DNA of 24,000 nt. Origin: Polaromonas sp. GTDB lineage: Bacteria; Pseudomonadota; Gammaproteobacteria; Burkholderiales; Burkholderiaceae_C. Where the stretch lies: positions 39,864 to 63,863 of the forward strand of contig JAYUVG010000167.1 in NCBI GenBank assembly GCA_043754255.1. Direction: 5' to 3'. Positions 8,601 through 16,742 of this stretch are shown here, piece after piece. Each line of letters begins with the position of its first letter. Within the stretch, counting starts at the first letter, position 1. The translations under genes and the position numbers were made by a program. Below the pieces are notes generated by a model. The model was not told the origin of the DNA. It did not search any database and saw nothing but the letters and a program-made list of their open reading frames with translations.

Positions 8601-9498
8601 TTAATCAAACCCATGCAGCAAGCGGCGTGCATTTTCTGCGCACAGTGCGCGCAGCTCAGCGCTTAATTGAACATCAACGCCAGCTTGCTGCCAATAGTCA
8701 ACAGCCCAACTTCGTGCCAGTCCAGCCTCAGCTGCATAGCCCACGGGTAGCCGGATTTCGCGCAGCGGCGATGGGTCAAGGTTGCCGCTGTGGATGTCGG
8801 GTCGCCACATCATCGGCAGCATGTCGTATACCGGTGCGAGCCGAATTTTCGGCGCATTGACATCGTCCACATAAAACGAGAGATTTCCCGAATGCATATC
8901 GGTGTTGCCGATGTAGTGGCCAAAAGCAAAAATGCAGGCAATTTGCTGCAACTCGTGCGGCGTTATCAAGCCTTTTTGCGCCAGAGCGGCGGCGGTATGC
9001 ACCCAGTTTTGCCAGGGGCCGCCGACAAATTCATCGTGAACGGCGGCAATCGCCACAACGTGATGTTTGTCCTCTATACCGATCCGGTCAAAGCGCAGAG
9101 ATTCCAGATAACTGCGCTGGGTGACGTGCAAGACCTGCGTTGGCGTGGCGTCTACGCCATGTTGAATCAAAGTGCGCAACGCCAACGCCTCAAGTATCAG
9201 CAAATCCCGCCACCTGTCCCCAAAGGGTGTGCCGTGAGGCGGTGTGTGCCTGACGATGCAATGCTCCCGGCTCTGATTGCCTGAGTATTCCGACAGAAAT
9301 TCTGGCTGTTCGCCCCCGGCGCTAGAGCCGGCTGACAAACTGTGGCTGGCCTGAACTGCTCTTGTGTCCTATTGGGCCAGTCGCGGGGCCGGACTGGCTT
9401 TTGCCGGTGGCCGCAGCCAATTGTGCAGCCGAGAGCGGCTTGCCTTGCGCCAACAGTGCTGTTTCAGCCTCAGGCAGTTCAAGTTTTGGTTGATTCAT
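8601..9498 (-). pseudogene. Decayed HipA-family (YjjJ-like, with N-terminal HTH) protein
   Basis: 8601-9338 encodes a HipA C-terminal domain (SSAGGEQPEFL, GPWQNWVHTAAALAQKG, FAFGHYIGNTDMHSGNLSFY, LAPVYDMLPMMWRPD). Upstream, ATG at 9498 opens an HTH-like start MNQPKLELPEAETALLAQGKPLSAAQLAAATGKSQ that hits TAG in the wrong frame near 9325. The middle of the protein is missing. Confidence 0.6.
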
Positions 9499-9530
9499 TC
9501 ATAGATACTTCTTGCCTAAGTACCTGTGAA

Positions 9531-9557
9531 TATTCAGGAATTTGAAATTCCTGAATA
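9531..9557. promoter_or_regulatory. Perfect 27-bp palindrome, candidate operator
   Basis: TATTCAGGAATTT-G-AAATTCCTGAATA: 13-bp arms around one base, 33 bp upstream of the HipA/YjjJ-like ATG. Confidence 0.55.
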
Positions 9558-9585
9558 GATAAATTCAGAGATAGTCAACGCACTT

Positions 9586-10572
9586 TCAAATCAATGCCAG
9601 AACACCTTCTGCCTGTTTGTCGGCGTGGTAACTTGACCTGACCATTGCGCCAACTGCCGCATGGGTGAACCCCATTTTGTAAGCCTCGGCCTCAAACATT
9701 TTGAAGGTGTCGGGGTGCACGTAGCGGCGCACGGGTAAATGCGACATGGAGGGGGCTAAATATTGGCCAATTGTCAGCATGTCAATGTCGTGCGCGCGCA
9801 TGTCGCGCATGACTTGCAAAATCTCTTCGTCGGTTTCGCCCAGGCCGACCATGATGCCGCTTTTGGTGGGCACGTTGGGGTGCAGGGCTTTGAATTTTTT
9901 CAAAAGGCTCAGTGAAAACTGGTAGTCGCTGCCGGGGCGCGCTTCTTTGTACAAGCGGGCGGTGGTTTCCAGGTTGTGGTTCATGATGTCGGGCGGCGCA
10001 GCTTTTAAAATTTCAAGCGCACGGTCGTCACGACCCCTGAAGTCGGGCACCAAAATCTCAATGGTGGTGGCGGGCGAGAGTTCGCGGATTTTGCTGATGC
10101 ATTCGACAAAATGCCCGCTGCCGCCATCGCGCAAATCGTCCCGATCCACGCTGGTGATGACCACGTATTTCAGCTTCAGCGCCGCAATGGTTTTGGCCAG
10201 ATTCAGTGGCTCATCAGCATCCAGCGGGTCAGGCCGGCCGTGGCCCACATCGCAAAACGGGCAACGCCGTGTGCATTTGTCGCCCATGATCATGAAGGTC
10301 GCCGTGCCCTTGCCAAAGCATTCGCCGATGTTGGGGCAACTGGCTTCTTCGCACACAGTGTTGAGTTTGTTCTCGCGCAGGATTTGCTTGATTTCGTAAA
10401 ACCGGGTGGTGGGGGAACCTGCCTTGACGCGAATCCAGTCGGGTTTTTTCAGCACTTCGGCGCGCTCGACTTTGACCGGAATACGCGACAGCTTGGCTGC
10501 TGCCTTTTGTTTGGCCAGCGGGTTGTACTCTAGCTGGCTTTGGACTTCTCTGACGACTTCCTGTGTACTCAT
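9586..10572 (-). CDS. lipA: Lipoyl synthase
   Basis: Radical-SAM [15 protein letters not shown], auxiliary cluster [13 protein letters not shown]; full-length 328 aa. Confidence 0.96.
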   Translation of the reverse strand: MSTQEVVREVQSQLEYNPLAKQKAAAKLSRIPVKVERAEVLKKPDWIRVKAGSPTTRFYEIKQILRENKLNTVCEEASCPNIGECFGKGTATFMIMGDKCTRRCPFCDVGHGRPDPLDADEPLNLAKTIAALKLKYVVITSVDRDDLRDGGSGHFVECISKIRELSPATTIEILVPDFRGRDDRALEILKAAPPDIMNHNLETTARLYKEARPGSDYQFSLSLLKKFKALHPNVPTKSGIMVGLGETDEEILQVMRDMRAHDIDMLTIGQYLAPSMSHLPVRRYVHPDTFKMFEAEAYKMGFTHAAVGAMVRSSYHADKQAEGVLALI

Positions 10573-10584
10573 GGTGGTTTGACT

Positions 10585-11367
10585 TTAGGGTGCAAGGTAG
10601 CTGACAAGCTTTTGACTGAAGACATCAGCAGCCTCTTGCCAGCCCACTGAAACACCGATTGTACGAAGGTCAACCGTTTGCAAACCCGCGTAGCCGCAGG
10701 GGTTGATGCGCGAGAAGGGTTCCAGGTCCATCGCCACATTCAGCGCCACGCCGTGGTAGGTGCAGTGGCGGCTGACCTTGATGCCGAGGGCGGCGATTTT
10801 GCCGAGGCCGGCAAATGCGGGGTCAGCGAAATTGGGGTCAGAGCCACTTCGCTTCGCTACGGGATCCGACCCCAATTTCGCGGTGCGGGGAGGGGGCAGC
10901 ATGGCATGAGAAAACGGATCATCCAGCCGCACATAAATCCCTGGCGCGCCACGTACCCGATGCCCTGTCACGCCAAAATGCGCCAGCGTGCGAATCACTG
11001 CTTCTTCCACCCGATACACGTATTCTTTAACGTAATAGCCCGCCGCTTTCAAGTCAACCAGCGGATACGCCACAACCTGCCCCGGCCCATGAAACGTCAC
11101 CTGCCCACCCCGGTCGGTTTGCACAATCGGGATGTTGCCGGGGTTTAAAACGTGTTCAGTCTTGCCTGCCAGGCCCTGCGTAAAAACCGCTGGGTGCTCA
11201 CAAATCCATAGCTGGTTGCGCGCATTCTGTGCTGGCTGGAGGTCGATTTGACCATTATTTTGATCTGTTTTGGTGCTTCTGGCGGCGGTGTACGCCTGCA
11301 TGGCGGCCCATGTTGGCAGGTACTCGACTTGCCCGAGCTGGCGGACTTCCATGAACGGCTCGTTCAC
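10585..11367 (-). CDS. lipB: Octanoyltransferase LipB
   Basis: [21 protein letters not shown] and [26 protein letters not shown] start overlaps the stop of the upstream res-like gene (GTGA). Confidence 0.93.
   Translation of the reverse strand: MNEPFMEVRQLGQVEYLPTWAAMQAYTAARSTKTDQNNGQIDLQPAQNARNQLWICEHPAVFTQGLAGKTEHVLNPGNIPIVQTDRGGQVTFHGPGQVVAYPLVDLKAAGYYVKEYVYRVEEAVIRTLAHFGVTGHRVRGAPGIYVRLDDPFSHAMLPPPRTAKLGSDPVAKRSGSDPNFADPAFAGLGKIAALGIKVSRHCTYHGVALNVAMDLEPFSRINPCGYAGLQTVDLRTIGVSVGWQEAADVFSQKLVSYLAP
10828..10879. repeat. Palindromic element inside lipB
   Basis: Perfect 12-bp arms GAAATTGGGGTC (10828-10839) / GACCCCAATTTC (10868-10879). Confidence 0.75.
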
Positions 11368-14054
11368 CCCAACAGCCTGTCAAGTTGCCCAGACATGCCC
11401 ACGCCATCGTGGTCTTTGATGATCTGCCCAAACACACATTTGCCGCCGCTTTTGGCCGCCCACAACTCGCCAATTTGCCGCTTTTCAATCTCAAGTGGAA
11501 TATTGAGTAATTGCGCGCCTTTGTACTCAACGACGGCAATGCGCCCGTCTGTCAGCTCCGCTACAAAGTCCGGAAAAAACCGCCCGCGCGATGTGGCCAG
11601 TGCAAAGCCGCAAGGCTGCGTGACCAGATTGCGCACCCAGTGTTTGACAGAGTGGTGTTTGTCCAGCAGTTGCGCGCACAAAAACTCTTCGCCGTCGTCT
11701 TTCAGGTCAGCCAGCACCGGGTAGAAGTGTCTGTTGAACTGGTAGCGGCCTGCGTAACGCCCGCCAGCAGGCACCGGGTAGCGATTCGCCTCAAACAAAA
11801 GCGGGCGCGTCCAGTCGGGCTCAATCGTCCACTCGCCTTCAAGCACAAGCTGGCGAAATTGCGCTTTGGCGGCTTTGTCTTTCAGGTCGCCGACCCGTGC
11901 CTCAATGTCTTGAGCCAATTTGAATCGCGCTTTGACCAGGGTTGCCAGCGGCACGCCGCGCTCATGCATCAGGTGGCTGACGACGGCTGCAAAGTAGCTG
12001 CTGCGCTGGCCTTGCGTCAAATCGGGTAGCTTTTGAAACAGCGACTGGTCCAGCCAGCGCACCAAATCTTGCGCGGTGATGGTGGTGGAGCCATAGTCAA
12101 ACGCGATCTGGCTGGCGTCCGCCGCGCGCAGATTGACTTTGCTGTCTTTTAAATAAATCTCAAACGTATTGGACTGCTCCACCACCTGAAAGCCTGGCAA
12201 TGCAATCGCATCTGGGCTAAGTAAATCCAGCTCGACAGCTTCAAGCACCGCCTCACGCTCCAGCGGCCACAACTGGCCCTGCGGTGTGCTGCGGTAGCCC
12301 AGCGTGGGCACGGGCGCAAAGCGCGCACCGCGCGATGCGGGCGCGGCCTGGGCGGCAACCAGCGCGTTGTGCTGCGCGACTTTGGCAACGACCAGCTCCT
12401 GCTTTTTGGCACCGCGCACCTGCGCCACCAACAGCGCTTCCAGCTCCAGACTGATGTGGCCGGTGACGACGAGGTTTTGCTCACCGGCAATTTGCATGAC
12501 TTCAACACCAGCGGCATGGCGCAACTCCTCTGACGGCGCAGGTGCTATAAAATTAGTAGCTGTTTGCGCAGTATTTATGTCGGCTAGAGGCTCATTTGAT
12601 GTATAAAACTGATCGAAAAGGGGCAAATTGGACTGCTGCACCACCATCGACGCCACATCCAGCGCCTCAAAACCCATGTTGTTGATGAGCCTGTCGGCCA
12701 GCTCATGCGCAGCGGTTGAAAACTTGGCCTCGCAGACGTGTGCATATGCGCGATTGAGCGCTTCCCGCCCACGCGGGCTGGCATACGGCATGCGTAGCAC
12801 GCGGCCCAGCAGCTGCTCCACCGCAGTCGCGCTTGACAGCTTTTGCAGCGAACACAGCACGTAGGCAAACGGGCAGTCCCAGCCTTCACGCAGCGCCTGC
12901 ACCGTAATCACAAAGCGCACCGGGCAGTCGCGGGACGACAAGTCCAGCCCCTCCAGCTCGCGCGTGTCGCCGGTGGCTACTTTGATCTGCTCAGGCGGTA
13001 TGTGCAGTTCGTCCTGCAGATGTTTGCGCAATGCCTCGGGCGGCACCTCATCGTTTTCGTTCTGGGCCTGAAACAGCACAATTGGCCGGACGTAGCCATT
13101 GCCTGCCGCTTCATCCTTCAACGCTTCGCTTTCCAGCGCGCGCTGGCTTTGTACCGCGGCAAACACCGCCTGCTGCCAGCCCTGCGGGTGCTCGGCCAGC
13201 GCAATCGGCAGCTTGATCATGCTTTCCGCCGCCAGCTCCTGCGCGCTGACGTGGTACAGCACATTGGTTTTGCCCGGGATGGGCGTAGCCGTCAGTTCCA
13301 AAATGGCGCTGGGGTTCAGGCGCTTCAGGGCGGTAAAGCTTTTGTCGGTTTTGGTGTTGTGCGCCTCGTCAACAATCAGCAGCGGCTCATGCAGTGCCAG
13401 CCAGTTGGCCAAGCTCCAGCGCGGCTGGTTGATGAAACCTGCCAGCACGCCGGTCTTGTCATGGGTTGCTTCATCAGGCGTGACCAACGCATCCGGCAAG
13501 CCGTGCAGCACCCGCAAACGCTGTTCATCACAGCCCTTGAAGTGCCGCTCAAAGCTTTCAGAAAAGCTGTACACATTGCGCTTGTCGGTGTCGTCCACCC
13601 GAAAGCTCTGAATGGTGGCTACCACCACCACGGCACGCTGGCCCCAGTCTGGCGGGGCAATATTTGCCAAATCCTCCAGCACACACACCCGCACGCCGCT
13701 GCCGTAGCTGGCCTCCAGCGCCTCACGGTACGGGTGGCCAGCGGTTTGCAGCGCTTTAAGCGTCTGGCTGCGAATCGTGTCACTCGGCACCAGCCACACC
13801 GCCACCGGCGCATCGGTAGCGCGCCATTCCTGCGCCAACACATTCACAGCATGCGCCGCCATCAGCGTTTTGCCGCCGCCGGTGGGGATGCGCAGGCAAA
13901 TGCACGGCACCTGGCCAAAAGGGTCAGCGTTGTAAGGCCGCCCCACCGCTTCGCCAAAAGCCATGGCCGCGCCTTTTAACTGGGCTGACCGGGCAAATGC
14001 CCGCAGCGCGTCTAGCGCGGCTTGCTGGTAGGACTTGAGGGTAAGGGTGGTCAT
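11364..14054 (-). CDS. Type III restriction enzyme Res-like SF2 helicase/nuclease
   Basis: Walker [16 protein letters not shown]-like [32 protein letters not shown], and a C-terminal PD-(D/E)xK-like [21 protein letters not shown]. Confidence 0.88.
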   Translation of the reverse strand: MTTLTLKSYQQAALDALRAFARSAQLKGAAMAFGEAVGRPYNADPFGQVPCICLRIPTGGGKTLMAAHAVNVLAQEWRATDAPVAVWLVPSDTIRSQTLKALQTAGHPYREALEASYGSGVRVCVLEDLANIAPPDWGQRAVVVVATIQSFRVDDTDKRNVYSFSESFERHFKGCDEQRLRVLHGLPDALVTPDEATHDKTGVLAGFINQPRWSLANWLALHEPLLIVDEAHNTKTDKSFTALKRLNPSAILELTATPIPGKTNVLYHVSAQELAAESMIKLPIALAEHPQGWQQAVFAAVQSQRALESEALKDEAAGNGYVRPIVLFQAQNENDEVPPEALRKHLQDELHIPPEQIKVATGDTRELEGLDLSSRDCPVRFVITVQALREGWDCPFAYVLCSLQKLSSATAVEQLLGRVLRMPYASPRGREALNRAYAHVCEAKFSTAAHELADRLINNMGFEALDVASMVVQQSNLPLFDQFYTSNEPLADINTAQTATNFIAPAPSEELRHAAGVEVMQIAGEQNLVVTGHISLELEALLVAQVRGAKKQELVVAKVAQHNALVAAQAAPASRGARFAPVPTLGYRSTPQGQLWPLEREAVLEAVELDLLSPDAIALPGFQVVEQSNTFEIYLKDSKVNLRAADASQIAFDYGSTTITAQDLVRWLDQSLFQKLPDLTQGQRSSYFAAVVSHLMHERGVPLATLVKARFKLAQDIEARVGDLKDKAAKAQFRQLVLEGEWTIEPDWTRPLLFEANRYPVPAGGRYAGRYQFNRHFYPVLADLKDDGEEFLCAQLLDKHHSVKHWVRNLVTQPCGFALATSRGRFFPDFVAELTDGRIAVVEYKGAQLLNIPLEIEKRQIGELWAAKSGGKCVFGQIIKDHDGVGMSGQLDRLLG
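12543..12609 (+). repeat. Dispersed repeat family A copy inserted in frame within the res-like gene
   Basis: tgctataaaattagtagctgtttgcgcagtatttatgtcggctagaggctcatttgatgtataaaac; the minus strand reads as [24 protein letters not shown] within the 896-aa ORF. Confidence 0.8.
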
Positions 14055-14387
14055 TTGTTTTGCAGAACAGTGGTTTACGGATTAAAATGCTGGTGTGGGA
14101 ACAAAAATCGGCTTCATGCCGTGAGAATGCAAAGCGCAGGTAACTGGGTAGCGCACTCCTATATTCCCACCCCTTTTCTATTTTGTCTCCGCAGCTTCCG
14201 TCCCACACCAGGCGACTAGAGCCAAAATGTCGTGGATGCTGCGGGGCCTCTTCTCTACTTTGCTAAATATTGCTTTACCGATTAAAATCTATTCTCACCC
14301 GCGAAGTCGTTTCGGACGTTAAGAGAAGGGGGCGAAAGCCAGCATGCACTCGTCGCGGGTGTACTTTTTATTCAGGCACATCATTAT

Positions 14388-14933
14388 TCAGGCGCTCCAG
14401 GCGCCTTTTTTCTTGCGTAATGAATCCGTGGCAACCAGTTTGTGCTTGCCCCGAATTTCTTCAATGTGTCGGTAGCCTATGCCGTCAATCACTTTCACAA
14501 ATACGATCACGTTGCGGCCAATCTTGTTTTTGCCGTCTGCAAATACATTGTCTGGCTCTGACGTAATCACCAGGATTTTTTCAAAATCTTCCAATGTGAC
14601 AGCGATCTGACCGCGTTGGCTCTCTTGCTTGGCGTTGCCGTGCTGTTTGATGGTGTGGCGCACGCCGTAGTTGTCAAGAACGCGGGTGAACCCGGTCACA
14701 TCCAGCCCTGTTTTTTGCAGGATGAGTGGCGCGTTATCAACGTGGCCCAACGATACAAACGTTCGCCTGTCTGCAATCTGCATGGCTTGTTGTGCAAATT
14801 GGGTAATCGTCTCTTTAATGGAGTTGTCTTTGCTATGACCAGTTTCTTTTTTATTCTGCATGGGTTCAAATTTTTGGGTCGATGATTTGAATGTATCGGC
14901 CAATTGCCGACACCATGCGATAAATCGACACAC
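14388..14933 (-). CDS. Putative PBECR-family (Phage-Barnase-EndoU-ColicinE5/D-RelE-like) nuclease, free-standing
   Basis: YGVRHTIKQHGNAKQESQRGQIAVTLEDFEKILVITSEPDNVF...KIGRNVIVFVKVIDGIGYRHIEEIRGKHKLVATDSLRKKK resembles the recalled PBECR pattern. Start may be GTG 14933 or ATG 14861. Confidence 0.55.
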   Translation of the reverse strand: MCRFIAWCRQLADTFKSSTQKFEPMQNKKETGHSKDNSIKETITQFAQQAMQIADRRTFVSLGHVDNAPLILQKTGLDVTGFTRVLDNYGVRHTIKQHGNAKQESQRGQIAVTLEDFEKILVITSEPDNVFADGKNKIGRNVIVFVKVIDGIGYRHIEEIRGKHKLVATDSLRKKKGAWSA

Positions 14934-14941
14934 CTGCGCTA

Positions 14942-16732
14942 CTACCGCCCCTTCACGTCATACGGTATGTGCTTGAACGTCACGTTCGCCTGCTTCAGGC
15001 GCTCTGCGCCCAGGCGGCAGGCTTCGCCGTAGACGAGTAGCGGGGCTTGGGGTTCTGGGGTGGTAGCGTGGAGGGCTAGCAGGGCTGCAAGCACATCGCG
15101 GGTGAGGACGTTGCCGCTGGCGGGGCGTTTGTCGCCTAATATGCCGTTGTAGAGCAGATAGCAGGCGAATTTGGGTGTTTTTATATGCTCAATCTGGCTG
15201 TAGCCGACATGATCAGCGCGCAAGCAGCTATTAATTTCATAGTACGTGCCCAGGTACGGCGTGCCGGGTTTGGCAGATGTTGCATCGAAGGACGCGCCGG
15301 TTTCTTGCTGCCAGACGAAGGCAGCCAGGGTTGCAAAGCGCACGGCCGGGTTGATGCGGCCTTGCTCGTCAAACACCGCCTCACCCAGCCGCATGAACCT
15401 GAAGCCGCCGCCGTGAAATGGCTCGCCGTTTCTTCCAGCTCCCCAGCCCACGGCTTTGCTGATGCCGCCTTGTTCGCCGTCGATGACTTTTTGCAGGCGC
15501 GGGGCGCAGTGGGTGGCGGCGTGTTCGCCCATTTCAATGCCGATCCAGCGGCGGCGCATTTTGTGGGCGACGGCGGCAGTGGTGCCTGAGCCGAGGAAGG
15601 AGTCGAGGATGAGGTCGTTTTCGTTGGTGGCTATGTGGAGGATGCGCTGAATCAGGCGCTCTGGTTTTGGGGTGTCAAAAGCATCACCTGCACCAAACAG
15701 TTCATTGATTTCTTTTTTAGCCTCCTGGTTGTGCCCAACTTCAGCGTTTGACCACCAGCTCCAGGAGTTTTGGCCTTCCATTTCACTCAAATAGCGCTTT
15801 AGTCGTGGCCTGGCGGTTCCATCTTTGCCAAACCAAACCCGATTTTCGGCAATTAGCTTCAAAAAGGTTGATTCTGCAAGAGCCCAGCATCTACCTGCGG
15901 GCGGCGCATGTGCGGTTCCGTTTGGCGCGATGACTGTGTAAAACTGGCTCGGAGTAGCATGGCCTGTCATGCCAGTGAAGTCTGTCGATGCCCAGGCACC
16001 ACGCGGGTCAGCGTCTGGATTTTTAAAGTCTTTTGCGCGTTCCTGGTTGATTTGTAGTTGATTAAAGTTTTCTTTCAAGGAATTATTTTTCTTGAAAACC
16101 AGGATGTGATCATGAGCGTCACCCAGTCGCAATCTGTTGTCTGTGGAGGTACGTTTTTGCCAAACGACATTCGCAACAAAATTCCCCCGCCCAAACACCT
16201 CATCCATCAACACCTTGAGGTAATGGCCTTCGTTGTCGTCAATCGTCACCCAGATGCTGCCGTCTTCCCGCAGCAGCTCGCGCAGCAGTTGCAGGCGCGG
16301 CAGCATCATGCTGAGCCACTGGGCATGTTCGAGGTTGTCGTCGTAGTGCTCAAACGCGCTTTTGGTGTTGTAGGGCGGGTCAATGAAGATGCATTTGACC
16401 TGGCCGCGGTAAAAGGGGAGCAGGGCTTTGAGGGCTTCGAGGTTGTCGCCCTGGATTAGGAGGTTGTCTTGGGTGGTGGGTGGAGAAGGGGTGCGGGGAG
16501 AGCCCTGTCTTGCAGACCGCTGGTCAGTCAGAGCCTGACCTTCTTCACGCTGTCCAGAAGCGCTCAAGCGCTCCTGGAGCCGCAGCGTGAAGCCCCCGCC
16601 CTCTCCCAGAGGGAGAGGGAGTTTGACGCCTGGGAAGGGAACATGTACAGACACCTGCTCCAGCAGCCGGTATGGCACGCGGGCAGAGGCGGTGAAGGCG
16701 CTTTGGCGGTTGAGCCAGTCTAAGGTGGGCAT
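14942..16732 (-). CDS. Site-specific DNA methyltransferase, type III Mod-like (beta-class order)
   Basis: NLLIQGDNLEALKALLPFYRGQVKCIFIDPPYNTKSAFEHYDD (DPPY), then LILDSFLGSGTTAAVAHKM (FxGxG) downstream, i.e. the motif order of beta-class MTases. Confidence 0.92.
   Translation of the reverse strand: MPTLDWLNRQSAFTASARVPYRLLEQVSVHVPFPGVKLPLPLGEGGGFTLRLQERLSASGQREEGQALTDQRSARQGSPRTPSPPTTQDNLLIQGDNLEALKALLPFYRGQVKCIFIDPPYNTKSAFEHYDDNLEHAQWLSMMLPRLQLLRELLREDGSIWVTIDDNEGHYLKVLMDEVFGRGNFVANVVWQKRTSTDNRLRLGDAHDHILVFKKNNSLKENFNQLQINQERAKDFKNPDADPRGAWASTDFTGMTGHATPSQFYTVIAPNGTAHAPPAGRCWALAESTFLKLIAENRVWFGKDGTARPRLKRYLSEMEGQNSWSWWSNAEVGHNQEAKKEINELFGAGDAFDTPKPERLIQRILHIATNENDLILDSFLGSGTTAAVAHKMRRRWIGIEMGEHAATHCAPRLQKVIDGEQGGISKAVGWGAGRNGEPFHGGGFRFMRLGEAVFDEQGRINPAVRFATLAAFVWQQETGASFDATSAKPGTPYLGTYYEINSCLRADHVGYSQIEHIKTPKFACYLLYNGILGDKRPASGNVLTRDVLAALLALHATTPEPQAPLLVYGEACRLGAERLKQANVTFKHIPYDVKGR
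16484..16625. repeat. Dispersed-repeat-like insert inside the mod gene
   Basis: Perfect CCCTCTCCC-AGA-GGGAGAGGG (16599-16619) and GC-rich segment encoding KLPLPLGEGGGFTLRLQERLSASGQREEGQALTDQRSARQGSPRTPSPP between conserved Mod segments. Boundaries approximate. Confidence 0.6.
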
Positions 16733-16742
16733 GTGGTGTTAT

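Noticed and set aside
9531-9557. Palindrome as a rho-independent terminator of lipA
   Set aside because: Essentially no loop and no downstream U-tract on the minus strand; an operator is the better reading.
12843-13979. 378-aa plus-strand ORF
   Set aside because: Antisense to the helicase motifs of the res-like gene; histidine/arginine-rich shadow ORF.
13924-14208. 94-aa minus ORF in and beside the res start
   Set aside because: Mostly overlaps the start of res in another frame; no motif support as an antitoxin despite its location.
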